64,000 nucleotides of DNA from Candidatus Nitrotoga sp. LAW (GCA_003402315.1 QFXI01000003.1:702-64701); one strand, 5' to 3'. Shown: positions 20,609 to 29,883, numbered from the stretch's first letter. Numbers and translations are program-made. Notes: generated from the sequence alone by a model not told the origin.

Positions 20609-20750
20609 CGAACGGATTACCAAATTTTTTCTGGTTCTTTAACAAGTCATAGTTATCAATTGGTTACAAGGTGGCCCGATTATTTTGGTTTTTTACGTTA
20701 GAATGATGTAACCATATGTTACAAATGACTATTTGTAATGTATCGCTGAG
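20609..20750 (+). promoter_or_regulatory. CRISPR leader
   Basis: AT-rich 142 bp immediately upstream of the first repeat. It contains a perfect IHF-consensus match, TATCAATTGGTTA, at 20654-20666. It also contains the inverted repeat TTACAAAT-gact-ATTTGTAA at 20719-20738. Confidence 0.6.
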
Positions 20751-23700
20751 GTTTGCTGCCGCACAGGCAGCTTAGAAATTGATTCGGTTCGATTTACATA
20801 TGTTTCTGCAGTTTGCTGCCGCACAGGCAGCTTAGAAATACACAACGAGTAACGCTGTTCATGGTAATGTGTTTGCTGCCGCACAGGCAGCTTAGAAAGC
20901 TCTATTAAAAATGCTTGGTCAGGCGATAGTGTTTGCTGCCGCACAGGCAGCTTAGAAAGGTTTCTTCTCTGTAATCAATTCACTAGCTGCGTTTGCTGCC
21001 GCACAGGCAGCTTAGAAAAAAATACAAATGCGGAGAGTGCGGCAGCATTCGTTTGCTGCCGCACAGGCAGCTTAGAAAATTCATATTTGTATCGACCAAA
21101 TGGAGTTTTCGTTTGCTGCCGCACAGGCAGCTTAGAAATTTTTGACGAATGTTTGAACTTGTGTGTTCACGTTTGCTGCCGCACAGGCAGCTTAGAAAAC
21201 AGCAGCCTGACATCAACGTGGCTGGGCGAAGTTTGCTGCCGCACAGGCAGCTTAGAAATTTGTCGGATGGTGGTGGATTGCATGTGCTGTGTTTGCTGCC
21301 GCACAGGCAGCTTAGAAATGACGCTTCGCTTTTCTTAAATTCTTCGGTCTGTTTGCTGCCGCACAGGCAGCTTAGAAATGTGAGGTCGGCAAGTTCGATT
21401 AAATTTTCCCGTTTGCTGCCGCACAGGCAGCTTAGAAATAGTGGATATGGTCAAGAAACTACACAGTCAAGTTTGCTGCCGCACAGGCAGCTTAGAAAAT
21501 TATCTTTTTCATGGCGGCGCGCATGGCGTTGTTTGCTGCCGCACAGGCAGCTTAGAAATGCTTTTGCATTTCTCAAATGGCTTGGTGCTTGTTTGCTGCC
21601 GCACAGGCAGCTTAGAAATTTAACAGCCATGTGCAGATGCAGTGCACCACGTTTGCTGCCGCACAGGCAGCTTAGAAAATGTGTGGTGGCATTTATCCAG
21701 CTGAACGTTAGTTTGCTGCCGCACAGGCAGCTTAGAAAATTACCGCAAGCACCAGTATTACCCCAACCTTGTTTGCTGCCGCACAGGCAGCTTAGAAAGA
21801 AATAAATTTTATGGCACAAGTTATTTTTTTGTTTGCTGCCGCACAGGCAGCTTAGAAATTTAATAGATACAAATGAAAATAGGCTGTCAAGTTTGCTGCC
21901 GCACAGGCAGCTTAGAAAAAGCAATATACCAATGGCTTGGCCACCTCCGGGTTTGCTGCCGCACAGGCAGCTTAGAAAGCTACGTCACGGCTTGATTTAT
22001 TTTCAATATCGTTTGCTGCCGCACAGGCAGCTTAGAAATGCAAGTGCCGCGTCAGCCGCTGTATTTGCCGGTTTGCTGCCGCACAGGCAGCTTAGAAATA
22101 TCTTCTCCGCCAAAACCTTTTGATTAAGGTGTTTGCTGCCGCACAGGCAGCTTAGAAAAATACTTAATTTAAAGGAAAAATTACTATGATGTTTGCTGCC
22201 GCACAGGCAGCTTAGAAAGCTCCAAGTTTGCCCGCGCATTGCGGGCACCCGTTTGCTGCCGCACAGGCAGCTTAGAAAATAAAGCAATGTAAACCTCGGC
22301 AACATCTCGCGTTTGCTGCCGCACAGGCAGCTTAGAAACAATGGGTGCGAAACGGTGGCGAGTCGGAGTCGTTTGCTGCCGCACAGGCAGCTTAGAAAGT
22401 CTTTCCATTCCATAACCATTGCTTTTCTCAGTTTGCTGCCGCACAGGCAGCTTAGAAAGAATTTTCAGAAGAATGGAAGCGGTGGACGACGTTTGCTGCC
22501 GCACAGGCAGCTTAGAAATTCTGAGATTTACAGAATTCAGTCTGCGCTGTGTTTGCTGCCGCACAGGCAGCTTAGAAAACACACATCCATTCTGCGACTT
22601 TCGCGCCTACGTTTGCTGCCGCACAGGCAGCTTAGAAAGCTTGGTTGCGTTTAAAGGCAATGCCTGGGCTGTTTGCTGCCGCACAGGCAGCTTAGAAAAA
22701 AATTGGATGCAGCCATTTTAGCTTGGCAATGTTTGCTGCCGCACAGGCAGCTTAGAAAAGATATCGCGCGCAAGATCGATACGCTCGGTAGTTTGCTGCC
22801 GCACAGGCAGCTTAGAAAAATAATACGTCAATCATTTATCAGCTCCATGTGTTTGCTGCCGCACAGGCAGCTTAGAAATGTTAGACCGTGTCGACTCATT
22901 GCGATTTACTGTTTGCTGCCGCACAGGCAGCTTAGAAAATATGCAGCGCGTCGGCGGTGGTTTCCCAGTCGTTTGCTGCCGCACAGGCAGCTTAGAAAGC
23001 AAATCAATCTTGAGCAATGTCACATGTGGGGTTTGCTGCCGCACAGGCAGCTTAGAAATGACAAACGATTGGGAAAGATTTTCCGTAGCCGTTTGCTGCC
23101 GCACAGGCAGCTTAGAAAGCACAGGCGAAATCTACCAGGCGAATCCTAATGTTTGCTGCCGCACAGGCAGCTTAGAAATGAAACATCGGACTTCGTAAGA
23201 GTAGTGCAATGTTTGCTGCCGCACAGGCAGCTTAGAAAACGACTAGCGCAGGCATTGACGCGCTAGGCTGGTTTGCTGCCGCACAGGCAGCTTAGAAATC
23301 AGTGATTCTATCGCGTGGTTCCCGACATTAGTTTGCTGCCGCACAGGCAGCTTAGAAAATCAGCATTACGCACAGGCACCGCTTGCCTGCGTTTGCTGCC
23401 GCACAGGCAGCTTAGAAAATTTAACTCAAGCTCGACGCGCAGCAAATGGTTGTTTGCTGCCGCACAGGCAGCTTAGAAAGCAAGAATCCTGTTGTGCTGG
23501 GTTGACGAAGCGTTTGCTGCCGCACAGGCAGCTTAGAAAACATATACGCCCGGACCGCCGTCATTTTTGCAGTTTGCTGCCGCACAGGCAGCTTAGAAAT
23601 ATTTATTAAGCGATTTAAACGCGTTTTGAGCGTTTGCTGCCGCACAGGCAGCTTAGAAAAATTAGCAGATGATGTGCCGTACAGCATCTTCAGTTTGCTG

Positions 23701-26239
23701 CCGCACAGGCAGCTTAGAAATCTCTTTTACATTCAGTGCAGGGGAGTAATGCGTTTGCTGCCGCACAGGCAGCTTAGAAAAAAACAAGATCGTTTGCAAA
23801 GATGACGGCGGTGTTTGCTGCCGCACAGGCAGCTTAGAAAATGTATTAAAATTAGATATTACTCCTATTACTGTTTGCTGCCGCACAGGCAGCTTAGAAA
23901 ATGACATTTGCATTTAATTTTCGTGGCGCGCCGTTTGCTGCCGCACAGGCAGCTTAGAAATATATCAATTTATATTGAAAATTATGTTGTGCGTTTGCTG
24001 CCGCACAGGCAGCTTAGAAAATATTGGGCGCTGGCCCTGACATGACCGCAGAGTTTGCTGCCGCACAGGCAGCTTAGAAAAAAAATCAGCACCAGCCCAA
24101 CGGTCAGAGCGTGTTTGCTGCCGCACAGGCAGCTTAGAAAATAGTGAATAGCCATAAACGCCATCGTCTGGCGTTTGCTGCCGCACAGGCAGCTTAGAAA
24201 ACTAATACTGTAACAATAACGAATGCCGATCCGTTTGCTGCCGCACAGGCAGCTTAGAAATGTTTATTGCTTAACCATTCCTACCTCAAACCGTTTGCTG
24301 CCGCACAGGCAGCTTAGAAAACGATAACCCAGCGCTTGTTGTGCGTCCGTCTGTTTGCTGCCGCACAGGCAGCTTAGAAATGTTCTGCGAGAGCCGCCGC
24401 GTTTTGCACGGTGTTTGCTGCCGCACAGGCAGCTTAGAAATTCCATTCATCTTTTGTTAGCCACACAAGCTCGTTTGCTGCCGCACAGGCAGCTTAGAAA
24501 ACCATGAATTCAAAATAGAAGAGGTTGAATATGTTTGCTGCCGCACAGGCAGCTTAGAAATAGTGGATATGGTCAAGAAACTACACAGTCAAGTTTGCTG
24601 CCGCACAGGCAGCTTAGAAAAATTGCTGATTGGCGCAGTTGCAGGGTATTTAGTTTGCTGCCGCACAGGCAGCTTAGAAAACCAACCAGCTTTTTTGGCT
24701 GCACCATGGCACGTTTGCTGCCGCACAGGCAGCTTAGAAATTCCACACTACGCAGCCGGGCTAATAGATGCTGTTTGCTGCCGCACAGGCAGCTTAGAAA
24801 TGAGATAGCGCATCCCACCACCTTCGAACCGTGTTTGCTGCCGCACAGGCAGCTTAGAAAGTATATCGCCCCAGCGTGATCGACATAGAGTTGTTTGCTG
24901 CCGCACAGGCAGCTTAGAAAACAATGCGCGCCCTGCTGCGTGTGGAGGTGGTGTTTGCTGCCGCACAGGCAGCTTAGAAATAGCGCAAAAGACTGCCCCA
25001 TTGCCTTGCTAAGTTTGCTGCCGCACAGGCAGCTTAGAAAAACAAGGCGGTACTGGTACCTGTTCACGCATCGTTTGCTGCCGCACAGGCAGCTTAGAAA
25101 ATTATCCCGATCAAATATCAGTCATCCTAGATGTTTGCTGCCGCACAGGCAGCTTAGAAAATTTATTTAAGCGTTTCCAGCATTCAGCGTGAGTTTGCTG
25201 CCGCACAGGCAGCTTAGAAAGTTGTACTTCGCGCATCGCCAGTAACAAAAGTGTTTGCTGCCGCACAGGCAGCTTAGAAAACGAAATACAGCAGCAACCT
25301 GAGCACCTACACGTTTGCTGCCGCACAGGCAGCTTAGAAATTGCGCGTCGATGTCAGCAAGGAGCGCCAGATGTTTGCTGCCGCACAGGCAGCTTAGAAA
25401 ACTTTCAAAGCCCGACATTCGGCAAAGAGCCAGTTTGCTGCCGCACAGGCAGCTTAGAAAGCGGAAAAATCATACAGAGAAGCACTGGGACTGTTTGCTG
25501 CCGCACAGGCAGCTTAGAAAGATTATTTTTGCTATGCAGTATCTTTTCATAAGTTTGCTGCCGCACAGGCAGCTTAGAAATAGCCGCCGCCGCAGCCAGG
25601 TGATCTGGTGCTGTTTGCTGCCGCACAGGCAGCTTAGAAATGCTCAACTGGCTACACCGCGAAGTATTCGCCGTTTGCTGCCGCACAGGCAGCTTAGAAA
25701 TTTTACATTCTTGTTGGTGTCGTCCGGCTCTTGTTTGCTGCCGCACAGGCAGCTTAGAAACATCATCATGTCACCGTTACCATAGCGGGGAGGTTTGCTG
25801 CCGCACAGGCAGCTTAGAAAATGTCCTGCAGCGCAGTAATGATTTCGGCTTTGTTTGCTGCCGCACAGGCAGCTTAGAAAGATTTGCGCGATTGAAGCAC
25901 GAATCACTGACCGTTTGCTGCCGCACAGGCAGCTTAGAAAACAAACGCCCGACCCAATCCGTCTCGGGTTTCGTTTGCTGCCGCACAGGCAGCTTAGAAA
26001 TCATACGCATTTGTCCGCCAGCACAACCGCCAGTTTGCTGCCGCACAGGCAGCTTAGAAATATTTCAGACAAAGCTGCATTTAATAACCATTGTTTGCTG
26101 CCGCACAGGCAGCTTAGAAAATAACCAACTTACACAAACTCAATAATCCAAGTTTGCTGCCGCACAGGCAGCTTAGAAAAGAGTGGCGCGCCGAACAAGC
26201 GGATAACAAGGGTTTGCTGCCGCACAGGCAGCTTAGAAA
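20751..26239 (+). CRISPR. Type I-F CRISPR array: 92 identical 28-nt repeats (GTTTGCTGCCGCACAGGCAGCTTAGAAA) and 91 spacers
   Basis: The period is 60 bp and every repeat is identical on inspection. The repeat carries the I-F stem-loop CTGCC-GCACA-GGCAG and the 8-nt handle CTTAGAAA, which orients it on the + strand. Spacers are 32 nt except two of 33 nt (23419-23451, 23660-23692) and one of 31 nt (26121-26151). A possible degenerate terminal repeat starts at 26272 after one more 32-nt unit. Confidence 0.99.
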
Positions 26240-26539
26240 TCAAGCTGGCGGTAAGACTGAACCTCATGGTAGTGCTGTTAATTGCTTATTAAAGTAAATA
26301 AATAAAACCAGCTGTGCCGAGAGGCAGATACCTTGAAGTCGGCATCACCCCATGCTCGCAATGTTTCGTCGAGCCGGATTATGAGATCAGATTGATCTTT
26401 CGTACTCGGCAGTGGCGCTGTAGTCGACAGATGAGTAAAAACTCACACCTTGAGTGCCACCTGTAATTGTTGTGAAGGAAGATTAAAGAATCAAATGGAG
26501 CGGCTCAAGTCCACCCCTCAAATTCTGTTTATCCGCGTT

Positions 26540-27025
26540 TCAATAACGTCCCTGTGTTTTGTTGATGTAATTGGAAAGCTGCTGGGTTTCCTGGTTCATT
26601 CGCATTAAGTTGGAGTGGGTAACTCTGAACAGTGCGCGCATCACTTTATAGGCTAAGCGAGGGTGGGCGTCCACCACTGTGTCAAAGTCCTCCGGTGTGA
26701 GTGTGTAGACCGTGGCATCGCCTACCGCACGCAGAGTCGCCTTGCGCGGCGTCTGGTCAACAAATGCGCGGGTACCGGCGCACTCGCCGGCAGTCATTGT
26801 GTAGACCGAATTCTGCTTGCCACTAATGTCAGCGCTGAAAACGGCAAGCTTGCCAGAGGCGAGAATGAAAAGTGACTGGACGGCTTCGCCCTCGCTGACG
26901 AGCAATTCGCCATCCTTTAACTGGCGTACACCCATTTTCTCCGCCAGAATCTTAGCTTCGTCTTCTGTGATTTCCGAACATACCGCTGATTTGCCGATTA
27001 GCTTGTAGTCTGCCTTATTGCTCAT
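26540..27025 (-). CDS. Stand-alone cyclic-nucleotide-binding domain protein
   Basis: 161 aa with a cNMP-binding beta-barrel pattern (GELLVSEGEAVQSLFILASGKLAV...GECAGTRAF...RKATLRA). No HTH or other effector domain. AAGGAG lies upstream. Confidence 0.8.
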   Translation of the reverse strand: MSNKADYKLIGKSAVCSEITEDEAKILAEKMGVRQLKDGELLVSEGEAVQSLFILASGKLAVFSADISGKQNSVYTMTAGECAGTRAFVDQTPRKATLRAVGDATVYTLTPEDFDTVVDAHPRLAYKVMRALFRVTHSNLMRMNQETQQLSNYINKTQGRY

Positions 27026-27686
27026 TTCAAGGTGCTCCTTTTCTTCTATGCCGTCGAGTCAGTAATGTTGTACGTTTTATTATAGCTTAAGGGCATCCTC
27101 ATGGCGTGGTTACAAAAAAATGTCACTTTGCATGCTCGACATTCAAGACCGAGTCAACATCAGGCTGCTTGCCATTAACAATAAGGATATGAAATTTTAA
27201 GATACATTTTAAATGTATCCAAGGTTTTCAGTCGTAGTCAGTCTGGAAGTTTATGTAGAGGGGTTTTTGGATCCATACCAGATCACCCATTGTGTATCAG
27301 TGACCACCCGTGTGTCAGAAATTTCCCCTAGCCATGAGTGTGTTTGTGTATTTAATAATGGGTCAAGTTACTTGATTAATAATTAATTTACAAACCTCTT
27401 CTACTTAAATCTTCAATTCGATATCTCTGCTTATATGTACTGATCATACGACTTGAGCTGCTGCCCTAGATTGAGGAAAAAAAGAGGTTCGAGATTTACG
27501 TCAAGGGAATGGCTATCCTTAACAACCAGTACAAACGCGCTTACGTTGGCATCGGAAAACCCTAGTTACTTGAAGGTGAAGACAAAAAATGCAAAGGTGG
27601 TGTGCTGATAATGAAGCAAGACAGTGGATGTGCCGTAATTCCTTTGACGAGCGAGCATTTGGTGCAGTCATGCCCACTGGCATCAA

Positions 27687-28010
27687 TTGTGGTTAGATAT
27701 ACGACCCGATTCAGCTATCCTGATAACCCCAAATGCCTACCTCCATCTGGAGAACGACACGGTGCGGGTAGATGTGGAGCGTGAGAAAAAATTGCAGGTG
27801 CCGCTGCATCATCTGGGCAGTGTAGTGTGTCTGGTTAATATCATGCTTTCCCCTGTGTTGATGCATCGCTGTGCGGATGACGGCATTAGCCTAGTGTTGC
27901 TGAATAATCAAGGACGGTTCAAGGCGCGGCTCGAAGGTGCCGTCCCCGGCAACATTCTGCTAAGGCAGGCGCAGCATCGCTTGGCGTTGGATGAAAAATT
28001 TTCGCTGGAA
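27687..28010 (+). pseudogene. cas1: Truncated cas1, type I-C-like (N-terminal ~105 codons only)
   Basis: ILITPNAYLHLENDTVRVDVEREKKLQVPLHHLGSVVCLVNIMLSPVLMHRCADDGISLVLLNNQGRFKARLEGAVPGNILLRQAQHRLA aligns by eye to the N-terminal domain of I-C Cas1 (...LPLHNLE.IV.FGY...SPALM..CAE.GI...FL...GRFLARV.GE..GNV.LR..QYR). The reading frame ends about 20 bp before the convergent gene at 28027. No catalytic C-terminal domain, cas2 or array follows. Confidence 0.8.
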
Positions 28011-28026
28011 TCTAAAACAAAAATAA

Positions 28027-28956
28027 CTACTCTTGATCAATGATTGATGTAGGCAAACTTGTAGAAACGTTTCCTCCAATTTTATTGTTGCCAAATGAAA
28101 TTATTTGGCCACCATTTGCTAGATTCAGCCCCTGAGCGTTATTGAAAACATTTATATTCGAGATGTATATCTTTGCAGCTCCTCCATTTGACATTATTCC
28201 CGCTGCTGCGCTGTGGCTAGCAGAAGAATTTTCAATAGACATTTCGGTTGGAGCACTAGCTGAAGATGCAACAAAGCCATTGCCAGGATTAGAGTTTGCT
28301 GCAATGCTATTTCGAACAGTCGCCTTAGTCCTGTCCTCGATACGCAGACCAAATTGATTACTATCCATCGTCACATTATTGAGGGAAACTGTCGTAAAAA
28401 CACCGACTGCTGGTTTTACGAAAATTGCACCCCCATTTGTCACATTAGCTGCGTTTCGGATGACTGTATCTCTTACAAAGAGCATGCTATTCGGGGTCGA
28501 ATTTTGCGCATCAATCCCTTTTTGGGTTACATTTTCGATAACACAATTTTCGACATGCAGCTCTTTTCCAGCAATGAAACGAATCCCGTTCAATCCCGTA
28601 CGTGCGCCATTGATGTGGATGCCTCGAATTGCCACCACATCTGATGCTCCGGCGTTGACGATGATGCCATTGGTAGCGGACGATAATATGCTTGCCGTCT
28701 GTTCGCCTCCATCAATTGTGATGGCTTTAGTAATAGTTACCGCACCGAAACCACCCGGATCGAGAACACTAATTTCACCTCCCGCAGCAGTCTTTGAAAT
28801 TGAGCCAGCAAACGTTTTGCAGGGTGCAGTCCGACTGCATGGATTCGCATCATCCCCTACACCTGATACCCAGGTTCGCGTGGCTTGAGCTGACGCCAGT
28901 TGGGAGATAGCGAGCATTATGATAAGGAACAAATATTTAACTAATGGCTTCAACAT
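28027..28956 (-). CDS. Secreted right-handed parallel beta-helix repeat protein
   Basis: Signal peptide (LAISQLASAQA). The TRTWVSGVGDDANPCSRTAPCKTFAGSIS motif is followed by repetitive N/G/I-rich beta-helix turns. Confidence 0.7.
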   Translation of the reverse strand: MLKPLVKYLFLIIMLAISQLASAQATRTWVSGVGDDANPCSRTAPCKTFAGSISKTAAGGEISVLDPGGFGAVTITKAITIDGGEQTASILSSATNGIIVNAGASDVVAIRGIHINGARTGLNGIRFIAGKELHVENCVIENVTQKGIDAQNSTPNSMLFVRDTVIRNAANVTNGGAIFVKPAVGVFTTVSLNNVTMDSNQFGLRIEDRTKATVRNSIAANSNPGNGFVASSASAPTEMSIENSSASHSAAAGIMSNGGAAKIYISNINVFNNAQGLNLANGGQIISFGNNKIGGNVSTSLPTSIIDQE

Positions 28957-29089
28957 ATAAATTTCCTTTATTTAAAAATAACGCGAGTTCAAATTTGAAG
29001 TGCAACGCCTGACTTGAAGAATACCTGACTGGGTGTTTTGTACTCAAGCCTTTTTCTGGGGGGATTGTCGATGATGGACACCCACGGGT

Positions 29090-29308
29090 TTATGCCGTCA
29101 ACCTATTTTCATAGAATTGGTGCCCAAATGCGACAGGAGACAGATATTCCAGGCGTGACATTGATGGTGCCATGCCGAACTGATCGAGCAATTTTCGGTA
29201 CTCATGGACGCAATATTGGCTATCCTGGCAAGTCTTTTTGAAGTTATTTCGGATTATAGGTCTCCCTTCCTTACCGCGTACTTCACCGTATTTTCCTGGT
29301 TTTTCTAT
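29090..29308 (-). mobile_element. IS3-family transposase (OrfB) remnant with internal deletion
   Basis: The minus-strand frame reads ...GRPIIRNNFKKTCQDSQYCVHEYRKLLDQFGMAPSMSR|LEYLSPVAFGHQFYENRLTA*. This matches the D(Q/R)GSQY...LL...G...SMSR block fused directly to the C-terminal LGYxSPxxF tail. There is no start codon, and stops lie upstream. Confidence 0.45.
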
Positions 29309-29430
29309 AAATTGCGCTTGGTACTTTCTGTTTCATCCCATACATCCATTTTCAAGTTTAATAAAACGTGGGGAGCCATTTTTTCCAGCCTACCTCAATA
29401 TGAGTATTTAAAAATAGTGATGGCTTAAAC

Positions 29431-29883
29431 CTAAAGGAATTCTGGTGATATGACTGTGCGTAGTACAGCTTGTGTCCCGTCGTCGTGCAAACGGCTACTA
29501 AACCACCACACGCAGCCCTTCTTGATGCTCCAATCAGCCTCGGCGCCTGACAGCAACGCAGCAGCTATGCGCCCCAAGGTAGGCTGGTGGCCCACTATAA
29601 CTGCCGCACCCTTGGCATTCGGCCAGCCTGCTGCAGCCATTACCGACATGACGGATGCTCCTGTACCGACTTCTCTTGTGATTTCGAACTCCCGGCCCAA
29701 GGCACTTGCTGTTTGGTGCGCCCGTTTTGCCGGGCTGACCAAGATGCGCGCCCCTTCGGGAAGATGGGATTTGAGCCATCGCCCCACCTGTTGAGCTTGT
29801 TTTTCACCTTTTACGGTAAGTTTGCGCGCGTCGTCCGGCACACCGTCCTCAGCATCCGCATGCCGCCATAAGATTAGATCCAA
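29431..29883 (-). CDS. sixA: Phosphohistidine phosphatase SixA family
   Basis: N-terminal LILWRHADAE (RHG/A motif). 150 aa, histidine phosphatase fold pattern, and HQPTLG near the C-terminal half. Confidence 0.8.
   Translation of the reverse strand: MDLILWRHADAEDGVPDDARKLTVKGEKQAQQVGRWLKSHLPEGARILVSPAKRAHQTASALGREFEITREVGTGASVMSVMAAAGWPNAKGAAVIVGHQPTLGRIAAALLSGAEADWSIKKGCVWWFSSRLHDDGTQAVLRTVISPEFL

Noticed and set aside
20729-26146. About 40 ORFs of 60-220 aa on both strands inside the array, with reiterated peptides (LLPHRQLRK, CCRTGSLE, SKLPVRQQT, FLSCLCGSK).
   Set aside because: They are translations of the 28-nt CRISPR repeat in different frames. The periodicity is exactly 20 codons, so they are not genes.
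26272-26299. Possible degenerate terminal repeat (GTGCTGTTAATTGCTTATTAAAGTAAAT), exactly 32 nt after the last perfect repeat.
   Set aside because: Only the first ~8 and last few positions can be aligned, and that needs a 2-nt gap. It is plausible, but too weak to count as repeat 93.
27602-27784. A 60-aa ORF upstream of and overlapping the cas1 relic. Its frame contains CKGG...C, reminiscent of the Cas4 Cys cluster.
   Set aside because: The motif spacing does not fit C-x2-C-x5-C and the frame is interrupted upstream by a stop. At most it is a degraded cas4 tail, not a gene.
29038-29428. Two plus-strand ORFs (67 and 74 aa).
   Set aside because: They are antisense to the IS3 transposase remnant. 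They have no SD and no recognisable similarity.
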